A stretch of DNA of 64,000 nucleotides from a virus (IMGVR_UViG_3300031867_000009:1-64000), one strand, 5' to 3'. Positions 30,601 through 40,614 are shown, counted from the first letter of the stretch. The notes: generated from the letters alone by a model not told the origin. A program made the numbers and translations.

Positions 30601-31679
30601 ATTTATAATTGCACACGCTAAGTGTCTATCTTCAGAATAATCTGACTCATAAAACTTTTTAAGATATGGAATTTTTTCTATATAGAAGTTTTTATTGTGT
30701 GTTAATTCAAATCTTTTCCAATTTAATCTTGGTATATTTAAAGACTTCATCAATGAATAATCTTCACATTTATCTCTTATTTCTTCTATTGTCTTATATG
30801 CTTTTTGTATTACTTCTTCTCCTAATGATTCTTCCATATACTCATGAATTTCTTCATCACTCATCAAAAAAGTCGTTGCATAAAAATCATCAACTTCTCT
30901 ATCTCCCTGTTGTGAGTTAAGAAAAGCTTTGTGAATTGGTCTATCTGCTTTCTTTAAATAATGGGCATCATTTGTTATGATATATTTAATACCCATTTCT
31001 TCACCAAGCTCAACCAATTTCTTATTTACATATATCTGGTCTTTATTAAACGATGGCTGCATTTCAAAATAGAAATCATCTACTCCAAAAATTCCCTGCA
31101 TCTGAACAATCCATCGCTTAATTAAATCCATCGACGGCGCGCCAGTATCTCTATTGCGTAAAAGCTGTGTTGGAAGACAACCTCCAAGACATGCCGTGCA
31201 TCCAATTACATGCCCTGGATTCTCGCCAATTATATCAATGAGGTCTTGATAATAAGTTGGAACTCTACGCATGCGGCGAGCTACATAACTTCTAATCCAC
31301 GCACGCGAAGAAATCTCGCGGATTTGTCTATGTCCGATTGCATCGCGAGCAATTAAAATACAATGAAAGTATCTATCAGTTTCTTTCTTATAATTGTTGG
31401 CATTTAAACCGTTTCTAACTAAATAAATCTCATTCCCTCTAATAAGTTTTAGATTAGGATACTTCTCTTTAACCTTATTCATATACTTCTCTGCTCTAAT
31501 ATGAGAAGCAATTGTATCATGTTCGGTTATTGCAACTACACTATGACCTAATTCTCCGGCATAGTCAATAAGAGACTCAACCGTGTTAATTGAGTCTCTG
31601 AGGCGGAAATTGCTAAAGTCTGTGTGGTTCCTCAGTTATGAAGACTTCCCGGATAAACCATTTGTCCTATTGTCTTCAC
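27652..31679 (-). CDS. dnaE: DNA polymerase III alpha (DnaE-type). True start GTG 31679; reading frame interrupted by an 8-nt gap at 31627-31634
   Basis: GRGSG, DVDID, HAGG, KYDIL, GYGFNLSH, NDAHY. The PHP N-terminus (PGSLHN / HTDFS...TEHD) lies upstream of the ORF-track ATG 31482, behind a GGAGGTG RBS. Confidence 0.92.
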
Positions 31680-31713
31680 TACTGCATCACCTCCTTTTCT
31701 ATTTTATTTTATG

Positions 31714-31872
31714 TTATAATTGCTCTAATATAGACTTAAAATATTGTATTAATTCTTGGTCTTCTTGTCTTCGTTTTTCGTCATCTTCTATTGAAGAACT
31801 ATAGTCACTACAATAAAAACCTGTTGCATCTTCTAAAGCATCAATATATAATTGTAATAGCTTTTCTTTCAT
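31714..31872 (-). CDS. Small hypothetical protein (52 aa, not in ORF track)
   Basis: MKEKLLQLYIDALEDATG...SILEQL with AAGGA RBS, downstream of promoter 31905-31933. Confidence 0.6.
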   Translation of the reverse strand: MKEKLLQLYIDALEDATGFYCSDYSSSIEDDEKRRQEDQELIQYFKSILEQL

Positions 31873-31904
31873 AGTTATATTCCTTTCTTTTATTCTATAT
31901 TATA

Positions 31905-31933
31905 ATTATATCAAAATTTTATTTATTTGTCAA
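31905..31933 (-). promoter_or_regulatory. Sigma-A-type promoter driving dnaE
   Basis: TTGACA-17 nt-TATAAT, TG extended -10. Confidence 0.85.
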
Positions 31934-32049
31934 ATTGATTTTTTTTTGTATTCATTCATTAAATCAAATATGTTTATGCCAGTTGGACGTGAAATACTTT
32001 CAATATAATTATTAATATGGTTCCATTCCTCTGAGGTTGGGTCTCTCAT
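31930..32049 (-). CDS. Small hypothetical protein (39 aa)
   Basis: MRDPTSEEWNHINNYIESIS..., the 3' part of ORF 31930..32166. Confidence 0.45.
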   Translation of the reverse strand: MRDPTSEEWNHINNYIESISRPTGINIFDLMNEYKKKSI

Positions 32050-32203
32050 TGAACTTATCCCACTCTTCAAAAATTTTATCAAAGTTATCCATTTTATTTT
32101 TCCACTTTTTTGCTTCATCAATTCTACCCTGCCGATAGCCTTCTTCATAAGCTTGATGCAAACCATCTGCTATATTATTTTCATTACAAGTTATTATTGC
32201 CAT
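32012..32203 (-). CDS. Small hypothetical protein
   Basis: 63-aa ORF with an AYEEGY..G motif and RBS. Confidence 0.55.
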   Translation of the reverse strand: MAIITCNENNIADGLHQAYEEGYRQGRIDEAKKWKNKMDNFDKIFEEWDKFNERPNLRGMEPY

Positions 32204-32214
32204 AATTAAAATTC

Positions 32215-33099
32215 CTATGTAATTAAAAACTGTGATGTTTCTGGACGCAAATCATCTATTGTGATTTTATTTTCATGCCAATATGGAATACGAATTAATG
32301 GAATATTATGAGTTTTACAATAAGTAGTTTTTAATTCATCATTTTTTTGTAATTGTTCTAATGAATAATTATTCCATCCTGCTCCACCCCAATGCTGACG
32401 ACCATCAAATTCAATACAATAATTATTATTAACATAAAAATCAAAACGATAATAATGCCCTTCTAAACCACGCAAATCTGCAAATCCATACTCAGTTTTA
32501 AAAGATATATTATTTGTTTTTAAAATATCTGCGATTTTTCTTTCTCCTGGGGTGGTTCTTAAACATCCACAAGATTTAACCTTATTATGTGTTAAATCAA
32601 CCGTTTTTACTTCTTTTAAATTACCGCAATCACACTTGCAGAGCCAATATAACTGTCCATTTTTTCTTCTTGATACTTTAATAGCGGTAAGTTTTCCAAA
32701 ACGCTTATTGGTTAAGTCATATTTTGGGGTTAAATCTTGAAGCATACATCCACAAGATTTCACTTGACCGCTGGTTAAATTACCACTACGAACCCAAGTT
32801 TCTTTACCACATTCACACTTACATTTCCAATATATTATGCCATTATAAGATTTATATTCATCTAAAACAGTTAATTTTCCATACTTTTCTCCTACTCTAT
32901 TCTTACGTAAAATAGCACTTTTACATTCTTTACATTGAGTAATATCACCGGAACGTAATCTTTTACCTAATACATCTCTGTAATTACCACATTCGCATTG
33001 ACAGTGCCACATTGCTCCGTCTTTTTTAGGATTATCTATTTTATACAATACTGTTAATTTACCATATTTATTTCCAGTTTCATCTTTATAATTTGGCAT
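32215..33099 (-). CDS. Putative free-standing homing endonuclease (3 CxCxCG repeats + PD-(D/E)xK/Vsr-like domain)
   Basis: Three YGKLTV...W.C.C.CG...L.SG...SCGC repeats. C-terminal RFDF...IEFDGRQH...K..YC..HNIPLIRI. Confidence 0.7.
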   Translation of the reverse strand: MPNYKDETGNKYGKLTVLYKIDNPKKDGAMWHCQCECGNYRDVLGKRLRSGDITQCKECKSAILRKNRVGEKYGKLTVLDEYKSYNGIIYWKCKCECGKETWVRSGNLTSGQVKSCGCMLQDLTPKYDLTNKRFGKLTAIKVSRRKNGQLYWLCKCDCGNLKEVKTVDLTHNKVKSCGCLRTTPGERKIADILKTNNISFKTEYGFADLRGLEGHYYRFDFYVNNNYCIEFDGRQHWGGAGWNNYSLEQLQKNDELKTTYCKTHNIPLIRIPYWHENKITIDDLRPETSQFLIT

Positions 33100-33101
33100 A
33101 A

Positions 33102-34859
33102 TTAAAACCCCAATGTTCCGTCTTCAATCTGATAATTGCTTATAAAGATTTGAGGTGTCGCATATCCACCCCAATAATTCACATTTGCTCTGCCAACAAC
33201 TTCTAATTTAATCTCACCTGGATACTTACCAAGCTCCTCAATCATATCTTTTGCATGGAACTTCATATAAGCAATTCCAAACTTTTCAATTTTAACCGTT
33301 GAATTGTCTTTACCCATAACTCTAATATCATTCTTTGTGATATTAATATCCTTAATATGAATTAAAGGTTCGTTGTTTTGTTGGCCCCACAGGTCATCAT
33401 GGTTGGCTATATCTACAATTAAATTTTCTATGTCGCTGTCTGCGGCGATGCGCTCAAAGTTTACTTCATACCATGATTCACCAAAATCCATATTGGCAAG
33501 TTCCTTATTCGCATATTCATGGAAAGCTGCGAGATTTTTATCTAAAATACCTATACCACATGCGTTATCATGGCCCGCAGTGAAAGTGAAATAACCGCTA
33601 TTATCCATGAAGTTCTTAAAAGACGTAAGTTCCGATTCATTTAAACCTCTACTTGACCCTTTGATTTCTCCCTCATTATTTAGTCTTGCAACAATAGTCG
33701 GCTTCTTATACTTTGCTGAAAGCTTCATAGCTACAAGTCCATTTAATTCCGGAGGAAATTGGTCATCTTCTTCTAATCTAACAAACAATATTTTATTTTC
33801 AAGCAAGTCATGCTTTGCTATTTTAATTTCTAATTCTTCAACAGCCTTATCAAGTATGCGATTTTGTTTTGCTCTTGCATTTGTGCATTCGCGCGCCGAC
33901 TCAATAGCGACCTCTTCGAATGTTCCCTTAGCTCCGCGTTTGTGAGATTCAACCAGTGCGTGTCCGTCGATAAAGGCTTGGAAACAGCGTTGCTTTTCGT
34001 CTTCGGCGCCCGCGCGAATCATTGCATTGATAAGTGGGGTTATATAAAAGGCAACGCTAATTGGATTGACTTTACCGCCCATTGAGAAAGATTGTTTTTC
34101 ACACAAAGCTTTAAAGAAATAGTTATTTATATTATTAAGACCCGTATGAACGATATATCTGTTTTCAAGCGATAGCATCGACATCATATCACTTATAATA
34201 CCAAGTGCTGCGAGGTCAATATATTCGTCGGCATAAGATGTAGCCATATGCCTATCTATATATCTACAAAATTGCCATGTAACCCCAGCGCCACAAAGGT
34301 CTTTATTTTTATAATTTGGAGATAGTTGATTATTTACAATCGCTGCACGGTCACAGAATTTTGTATCTGGCTCTACTATGTGGTGGTCAAGAATTAAAAA
34401 GCTTGGTATTACATTGCCTTCTCTTTCCATTATTAACTTTTCCATATACTCATAGTCATTACTACCAGCATCAGGTAATACAACATATGATGGACAGGTG
34501 TTAAATACATCCTCATAGGTGTCTGAAAGTCCGTGACCTTTACCTTTGTGAAGTATTGGAACTATATTTACTTCTTGATTAAATTTACGTAGATACTGTA
34601 TGAAAATTGCGGCCGAAGTAAATCCGTCTACATCACTATCTACAACCACAGCTATTGTTTCATCTTTTGTAGCTTGAGTCATAAGTATAAATAATGTTCG
34701 AGCTTGGTCGATATTATCTAATAGGGTAGGGTCTTCAAGATAACTATCATCTGGCACGTCAAGAAAATATTGAAGTTCCTCGGGGCTAAGCCCACGTTCC
34801 ATTAAAAGTTCATTGGTATAATTCTCTCTTATATCTTTATTAACTAACTTTGTCTTCAT
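33102..34859 (-). CDS. recJ: RecJ-like ssDNA exonuclease (DHH family)
   Basis: DSDVDG, LDHH, LCGAGV, SDMM, GSSR, AGHDNACG. Confidence 0.9.
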   Translation of the reverse strand: MKTKLVNKDIRENYTNELLMERGLSPEELQYFLDVPDDSYLEDPTLLDNIDQARTLFILMTQATKDETIAVVVDSDVDGFTSAAIFIQYLRKFNQEVNIVPILHKGKGHGLSDTYEDVFNTCPSYVVLPDAGSNDYEYMEKLIMEREGNVIPSFLILDHHIVEPDTKFCDRAAIVNNQLSPNYKNKDLCGAGVTWQFCRYIDRHMATSYADEYIDLAALGIISDMMSMLSLENRYIVHTGLNNINNYFFKALCEKQSFSMGGKVNPISVAFYITPLINAMIRAGAEDEKQRCFQAFIDGHALVESHKRGAKGTFEEVAIESARECTNARAKQNRILDKAVEELEIKIAKHDLLENKILFVRLEEDDQFPPELNGLVAMKLSAKYKKPTIVARLNNEGEIKGSSRGLNESELTSFKNFMDNSGYFTFTAGHDNACGIGILDKNLAAFHEYANKELANMDFGESWYEVNFERIAADSDIENLIVDIANHDDLWGQQNNEPLIHIKDINITKNDIRVMGKDNSTVKIEKFGIAYMKFHAKDMIEELGKYPGEIKLEVVGRANVNYWGGYATPQIFISNYQIEDGTLGF

Positions 34860-34869
34860 CTATTTCTCC

Positions 34870-35076
34870 TTAAAAGAACAATCCTTTGTCCCAATCTACT
34901 TCTTTAATTTCACTATGAACTAATGCACTATTAATTACAGCTAAATTTTCTAATATTGACCCTGCGGCATTAACTCCGCTTTCAGAGTCTATTTCTTTAA
35001 TAAGCGAACCAAGTGCAAGTTGAATATCTATTATAGCATCTGATAAGTGTTGTTTTTGTTTTTCTGTAATAATCAT
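34870..35076 (-). CDS. Hypothetical protein
   Basis: 68-aa ORF packed between primase and recJ. Confidence 0.6.
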   Translation of the reverse strand: MIITEKQKQHLSDAIIDIQLALGSLIKEIDSESGVNAAGSILENLAVINSALVHSEIKEVDWDKGLFF

Positions 35077-36125
35077 TTTACCTTTACTCTCTTTCTATAT
35101 AACTTCCAAAACACTTCACTTCCTTTATCCGTCGGTGAATCTTTCATATCCAATAAGTTTTCTCTATCATATATAAATGAAAAATCAGCATAGTTAGAAT
35201 ATTTTTTCCCTATACTCCATAACTTATTAAAATACTCATCACTACCTGGTTTTTCTTCTTTATCAAAACAAATTACAACCTCGCGCGGGTGTGCAGTCTG
35301 CATTAACAATTTCAAAGCATGCTTATTGAACTGACTTCCGCATACAGCGGCCGAGCAGTTCGCGAAGTCAAAACCTTCAAACTGTAAGCAACTTTTCTCT
35401 GCTTCAAATAAGAAACAAGTGCCAGTTCTTCGGATATTATCTTTTGTTATATTCAATCCATATAGATTCAGTGATAGCGGATGACTATACCACTTACCTT
35501 CTATCTGCACTGGCATATACTTACCCACATTCTCAATCTCCCATTGATTAAGCGCGCGGCCTCGTATGCCTACAAGTTCTCCCTTTGGATTATAATGCGG
35601 TATTATAATCTTATTCTGTGGCACCGAATAGCGTATATTAAATTTTTCCATACTCTTTTTAGTAATGCCATCGTTTAACCACTCCGGAGGATAGAACTTC
35701 GTAAATACATCTATAATACCATTTGGATATGTTGGCAATTCCACACGCTCGGGCGCAGCGTATGTATCACGTATACGCTGATACTTCTGCGGCGTGAACC
35801 CGAAGTTAGGATTATAATTACTACAATCAAGAATTACCTTATATATATCTTGATACCAATCATAGTCATAATTTCTTGTTTCATAATAATTTTTTAGTAA
35901 TTGAAAGATAGTTTGATTTCCGCAATTTGTATAGCAGGTAAATATATGACTATTTTCATAGTAGTAAAGTTTCATAGATGCTTCACTTGCATCTTCATTA
36001 TGACAGATAGTAGGAAAAATTATATAACCTGGTTTTTCGATATAGTCTTCTGCACCGAGTGTTTGCATCAATTGAATGACTTTATGAGTATCTAATTGTT
36101 CAACTATACTTTTATAATCAATCAA
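35073..36125 (-). CDS. dnaG: DNA primase (Zn finger + TOPRIM)
   Basis: CHN...CYTNC zinc site, IIIP...GIRGR, LYGL, FEAEK, ICFD, KDSP.D. Confidence 0.85.
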   Translation of the reverse strand: MIDYKSIVEQLDTHKVIQLMQTLGAEDYIEKPGYIIFPTICHNEDASEASMKLYYYENSHIFTCYTNCGNQTIFQLLKNYYETRNYDYDWYQDIYKVILDCSNYNPNFGFTPQKYQRIRDTYAAPERVELPTYPNGIIDVFTKFYPPEWLNDGITKKSMEKFNIRYSVPQNKIIIPHYNPKGELVGIRGRALNQWEIENVGKYMPVQIEGKWYSHPLSLNLYGLNITKDNIRRTGTCFLFEAEKSCLQFEGFDFANCSAAVCGSQFNKHALKLLMQTAHPREVVICFDKEEKPGSDEYFNKLWSIGKKYSNYADFSFIYDRENLLDMKDSPTDKGSEVFWKLYRKRVKVK

Positions 36126-37689
36126 TTATCTCACCTTGATTTAACCTTTCTACTATTACATTTATATGTTCATCTTCTGAATCTTCCCAACTCTTAATAT
36201 TATATTCAATTCGTGAATTAAAATTATCAATTGGGTCCATTCGTGAATCAGTTATAAACAAATCTCTTTTCTTTAAAGTTCCTAAGTTCATATCAGACCA
36301 AATACGAACCTGTGTCCATTCACCACTTCTAACTTTAAATATATCAGTGACCAAGTTTGGTTTATTCTCTGGATTATTTTCATACAGCGGCGCAAGTATT
36401 TCTAATTCTTCTTTTGTCGGTCTTGCCATTACAGCACCATTATCTGCTTTATTAATTGTGCTGCGGCCGCCCGCAAGAGTTCCTTCATTTCTTATATCTT
36501 TATTATCATCACCTTTTGCATTTAATTGTGTTGAAGTAAACATTGCTACATCTAATTCAACTGCTAAATCTTTCAGCGCCGTAGCAAACATTAACAATAC
36601 TTCATCGTTTCTCAAAGCAAAACCTTTAAACTCATTTAATAACGATGGTCCAATAAATATATAGTCATAAAATACATAACCTATATCATAAATAATACAA
36701 TTCTCTCTTACAATTGTTTTAACCGACTCAATTGTTGGGTTCGGCATTTTTACGAGAATTAAATTGTTATATTTTTCCATTAAATGAATCGCCTGCGTGA
36801 TAACTGCGCGCTCTCTATCAGAGAAATCTGCATATTTAAATCTTGTGGCATTTATATCTGTTAAGTAAGCTAAAATCATTGTTCTAACTTCTTTAAATCT
36901 CTGCTCGGTTACGATAAATAGAACCTTTTCGCTATTACCTTCTTGTTCCCAGCTACAAGTTGTGCTGTTATATCTAAAAGGATAGGCTAAATAACAAGCA
37001 TCAGCTACTGCGTTTCTTGTCTTTCCCACACCACTGGCCGCAGACCTAATCGTCAAAGTGCCTTTCTTTGCTCCATCAATTACCTGATTATATATCGCAC
37101 CCTGAACCGGCATACCAATTTCATATGCTGCTCCGAACTCATCAACCAATGTTGCCATTCCTTTTGCGGCGGCTTCAATTTCTATTTCATCGGTTGTTTC
37201 ATATTTAGCTTCTACTCCTAATAACTTTTTTCTTACTGCGTCAGTTATCAGTTTCGGACTTAACATATTAAATGCTTGATTTATCTCATCTGCTTTTGGA
37301 TTTGCTAAGTCTTCACAATAGAACTCACTTGTATCAAAACCTTGCTTCTTTAAGTCTTTCAATAAATTGAACATCTTAAATCTATTATAATAGAAATCAA
37401 AGTTATCAACTTCTGATAGTTCTACTATATCCTGCAGATATTCAATTCCATTCTTATCCTTAAATAATTTCGCAGATACTTGGTCTGGTTCTATAAAGTT
37501 CTCTATATCAATAGGTTGTATTTTTGTTGCTCCATTCTTATACAACCCATTTATTGCCATAAATATTGACCGTTCAAATCTTGAAGGAAAATCAGTTAAG
37601 ATAAATGAGTACTTATCAATCTCACTTAATAACTGCGGTTTCTTCATTAAACAGCCGAGTATTTGTTGAGTATCTCGTTTATCAATCAT
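36118..37689 (-). CDS. dnaB: Replicative DnaB-like helicase
   Basis: Walker A AASGVGKT, FYDYI, TQLN, KVRSG. Adjacent to primase. Confidence 0.85.
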   Translation of the reverse strand: MIDKRDTQQILGCLMKKPQLLSEIDKYSFILTDFPSRFERSIFMAINGLYKNGATKIQPIDIENFIEPDQVSAKLFKDKNGIEYLQDIVELSEVDNFDFYYNRFKMFNLLKDLKKQGFDTSEFYCEDLANPKADEINQAFNMLSPKLITDAVRKKLLGVEAKYETTDEIEIEAAAKGMATLVDEFGAAYEIGMPVQGAIYNQVIDGAKKGTLTIRSAASGVGKTRNAVADACYLAYPFRYNSTTCSWEQEGNSEKVLFIVTEQRFKEVRTMILAYLTDINATRFKYADFSDRERAVITQAIHLMEKYNNLILVKMPNPTIESVKTIVRENCIIYDIGYVFYDYIFIGPSLLNEFKGFALRNDEVLLMFATALKDLAVELDVAMFTSTQLNAKGDDNKDIRNEGTLAGGRSTINKADNGAVMARPTKEELEILAPLYENNPENKPNLVTDIFKVRSGEWTQVRIWSDMNLGTLKKRDLFITDSRMDPIDNFNSRIEYNIKSWEDSEDEHINVIVERLNQGEIID

Positions 37690-38020
37690 CTTCCCACTCT
37701 TGTTTTCTAAAAATTTCTATAGCTTCTTCTACTGAGTTAGCATCGAAACTTCTTGTCCAATAACAAGAACCAATAGGTATTTTATTATAATGTTCTTTGA
37801 CAACTTTAAAACCACCATCAAATGGACGTTTTGGATTATAAATACTACTATGACCCAATTGAATTCCGTATGCTATTAATGTTGTATCTTTATAATATTC
37901 TGCACCATACCAGCCACAAAAATTTCCTTCGCCTACCCAGTTTTCTTTATCAAAAAGTCCTATACATTCATGTTCCCAATCGGATTCACTTATATGTACT
38001 TCATTTATATAAAAAGTCAT
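37682..38020 (-). CDS. Hypothetical protein
   Basis: 112-aa ORF overlapping neighbours. Confidence 0.6.
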   Translation of the reverse strand: MTFYINEVHISESDWEHECIGLFDKENWVGEGNFCGWYGAEYYKDTTLIAYGIQLGHSSIYNPKRPFDGGFKVVKEHYNKIPIGSCYWTRSFDANSVEEAIEIFRKQEWEDD

Positions 38021-38535
38021 TCTTCGTCCTCCAAATCGTCTAACACGCTAAAATCAATTGTATATTTAGGTTTTGTTTCATGTCTTTGTATACGCACTTT
38101 CTTTCTTGCTGCAGCTTCGCGCATCTGACGTTCAATCTCTGCGATTGTTCCAGCTGACCTACGTTCACGCGCGGCCCAGTATGCACATGAATCATTATAT
38201 ACAAAAGGAATTATACCAATTCCTCCGTGTCCCTTTTCCCAATCACCATGTTTTACTTCATAAAAATATTTCAACGCAAATAAGATGCCCTTATTGGTCA
38301 TCTTCTCTTTCAAAAACTTTTTACGTTGTGCTTCACATACCCAATAATCATATGTGACTTTGAGGTCGCGCGCGATGAAGTCATAAATTAAATCAACATA
38401 TGCTTCATCATTATCAGGTTGTGCTTTCTTCCAATTTTCATAACACTTCCTATGGTAATAGTAATTTTTGCTGGGCATTACCCAGTCGTCTTTTTCTTTA
38501 TTAATTTCAATTTTACATAATCTACATTGTGCCAT
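38017..38535 (-). CDS. Zn-finger replication-module protein (possible helicase loader/initiator)
   Basis: CRLC...HRKC and GIGIIPFVY. First gene after a promoter, upstream of the helicase. Confidence 0.45.
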   Translation of the reverse strand: MAQCRLCKIEINKEKDDWVMPSKNYYYHRKCYENWKKAQPDNDEAYVDLIYDFIARDLKVTYDYWVCEAQRKKFLKEKMTNKGILFALKYFYEVKHGDWEKGHGGIGIIPFVYNDSCAYWAARERRSAGTIAEIERQMREAAARKKVRIQRHETKPKYTIDFSVLDDLEDEE

Positions 38536-38560
38536 AAAAGTCTCCTTTCTTCCTAATTAT

Positions 38561-38589
38561 ATTATATCAGAAAAATAAAAGTTTGTCAA
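38561..38589 (-). promoter_or_regulatory. Sigma-A-type promoter
   Basis: TTGACA-17 nt-TATAAT, TG extended -10. Confidence 0.85.
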
Positions 38590-38591
38590 AT

Positions 38592-38622
38592 TTAAAAACG
38601 CACCCTTTTGGATGCGTTTTAA
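38592..38622 (-). terminator. Intrinsic terminator abutting the promoter
   Basis: Minus strand AAAACGCATCC-AAAA-GGGTGCGTTTTT. Confidence 0.75.
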
Positions 38623-38624
38623 AC

Positions 38625-39593
38625 TTACTTAACCATATCTCTCATTTCAAGTAATACGAGGAAGAAAGGTTCTTTTTGGTCTTCGGTAATCTCTGACAGC
38701 TTCAGTTTTCTTCCGAAAATCATTTCAACTTTCTTCAGAACCTTTTCCGCGTTGGCAGGGTCTGCATTTACGAGTTTAGCCCAAATCTTTTGAGCCTCGT
38801 CTCTAATTTCTTCAAAGTTAAGTTCTTCTTCTGTTTTTCTTTCAAGCTTATCTACTACTGTCGCGCCATCTAAGTCTCTCTGTTTATCAATAGCTTCATT
38901 TATTGCTGCAACCAATTCATCATAGCCAAGTTTAATTTTCGGCGCAAGATATGGGAATCGACTGCCCGCCATAACGGTCGGTGTCTGTCTAGTATATAGC
39001 CATCTCTGACTATTACCATCATCGTCCCATTCAGTAGCGATATATCCTATAATGTCTACAATTTGATTTACAACTTCATAACAACGCTTCGGCATTGATG
39101 GTGCGAGAATCTCAATTTCACTATCATCAGCAGTCTTTTCTTTTCTAGTTTCAATATGTGAAATCAGAACTAGACCATAATTAAGCATTGTTATTTTTCT
39201 TAAACATGATTCAAATTCTTTCTTTACGAGTGTCCATCCCTGACCCCAAGGAATATCACGGATTGATTGAACTCCATTCTGACTACATACAAACTGTTCA
39301 CACATTTCATATGCAATCGTTGTAGTATCAATCGTAATCGTATCATACATCGCCTGAGCTTCCGGTTTCTCTAATTGCCTTAAAATCTGGCGGAACTCTG
39401 ACCATTTATTAACGTCAACAGCCTTAATTCCATCAATGGCATTATAACCTTTCTCAAAAGCAATTAAAAGATTTTTAGGAAAACGGGAAGCCATTGTGGT
39501 TTTCCCTGTCTTCGGCTTCCCGTATAATAACAAATATTTACCTTTCAAATCTCTTGAAATTACCGTAGGCTCAATGGATAAAATATCAATCAT
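38625..39593 (-). CDS. AAA-family ATPase, Sak4-like recombination/annealing protein
   Basis: YGKPKTGKTT, FEKG, TIDT, LISH, AGSR. Confidence 0.75.
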   Translation of the reverse strand: MIDILSIEPTVISRDLKGKYLLLYGKPKTGKTTMASRFPKNLLIAFEKGYNAIDGIKAVDVNKWSEFRQILRQLEKPEAQAMYDTITIDTTTIAYEMCEQFVCSQNGVQSIRDIPWGQGWTLVKKEFESCLRKITMLNYGLVLISHIETRKEKTADDSEIEILAPSMPKRCYEVVNQIVDIIGYIATEWDDDGNSQRWLYTRQTPTVMAGSRFPYLAPKIKLGYDELVAAINEAIDKQRDLDGATVVDKLERKTEEELNFEEIRDEAQKIWAKLVNADPANAEKVLKKVEMIFGRKLKLSEITEDQKEPFFLVLLEMRDMVK

Positions 39594-39607
39594 TGAAGCC
39601 TACCTCC

Positions 39608-40525
39608 TTAAAATCCAAGGTCTGTGAATCCATTCTTTGATGTCTTTGGCGGAGTCTGCTTAGAAGCCGCTCTTGACATATCCTTATCTTTCTGCTTTTC
39701 AAGTTTCAGTTTTCTCTCAGCAAGAGCTTCCTGGATTTCCGCATTGTCGTATGCAAAATCACCTTCAAGTGCTGTCTGCGAACCACCAGTGATGATAAGG
39801 TCGCTTCTGTTGACAGTTCTTGTCTTTTCAATTGGCTCACCAAAATCAACTTCCTCAATAATTGTTTCAGTTGTAGCTGAGAAGTCAAGTCTTCCATTAG
39901 CCTTTACTGTGTCGCCAATCTCCCAATACTCAGAAACTGCGCTGATGACTCCTGGACTCTGTGCATACATAGGAACAACATCAACCTTTCCACCATACTG
40001 CGGAATGATTGCATCGATTCTATATCTGCCCGTAGGCTCACCATTTCTATCAAGTTCTTCTGACTTATTTGCAACTACAAACTCAGTAGTATAAGTAGCT
40101 TCTGGCTTGCAATCGCCTTTGTTAATCTTCTGAACGAATGAAGCATTAACGCGTGGGAAAGATACGAGTCTTCCATCCTGACTATAATACTCATTCATAC
40201 GAATACTTCCGCTTGTGATACGAATTCTATCAGCTCCGTCTTCACCATTCTCTGATGCGGCGATGCTTGTATACTCGTCCATAATCTTCTTAATGGAGTC
40301 ATATGCTGGGTTAGGTGTACCCTTATTTGTCAGCTTCGAAGCGAACATATGAACTGGAATAGCCAGTTCTTTCTCTTCTCCACTAATCTTCTGGATTACC
40401 TTAACGATAATCGAACCTCCAATTGATTCAACCGTCTGTCCATTCTTAACAAATGAACCCGGCTTAATATCAACCTCTGCGAGAACTCCTTCAATTTTAC
40501 ATCTGTTTTCTGCCTGTCTTAACAT
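39608..40525 (-). CDS. Putative ssDNA-binding protein
   Basis: Two OB-fold-like beta-rich halves, C-terminal ...FTDLGF tail, high-expression codon usage, next to the Sak4-like gene. Confidence 0.55.
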   Translation of the reverse strand: MLRQAENRCKIEGVLAEVDIKPGSFVKNGQTVESIGGSIIVKVIQKISGEEKELAIPVHMFASKLTNKGTPNPAYDSIKKIMDEYTSIAASENGEDGADRIRITSGSIRMNEYYSQDGRLVSFPRVNASFVQKINKGDCKPEATYTTEFVVANKSEELDRNGEPTGRYRIDAIIPQYGGKVDVVPMYAQSPGVISAVSEYWEIGDTVKANGRLDFSATTETIIEEVDFGEPIEKTRTVNRSDLIITGGSQTALEGDFAYDNAEIQEALAERKLKLEKQKDKDMSRAASKQTPPKTSKNGFTDLGF

Positions 40526-40585
40526 TTAATTTTCTCCTGTTTGTCTAGTTCTGTTTGTTCAGTTTGTTTAAAAAGAATAAATAAT

Positions 40586-40608
40586 GGAGGGTTTTTATCA
40601 ACCCTCCT
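40586..40608 (-). terminator. Hairpin/terminator
   Basis: GGAGGGTT-6 nt-AACCCTCC, followed on the minus strand by ATTATTTATTCTTTT. Confidence 0.55.
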
Positions 40609-40614
40609 ATTTAA

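Noticed and set aside
31600-31640. UGA read-through or selenocysteine, simple -1 frameshift, or CTG restart as explanations of the dnaE break
   Set aside because: Read-through stays in a frame that soon hits TAG and has no PHP motifs. A -1 shift would need tRNA-Asn to re-pair on TAA and would give LHNLRNH. A CTG start loses the first His and has only a weak RBS.
27638-31676. 12-bp direct repeat (AAGACAATAGGA on the - strand) just after the start codons of dnaE and of the next small gene
   Set aside because: Repeats of this length are expected by chance in AT-rich DNA, and there is no other sign that dnaE is a mobile cassette.
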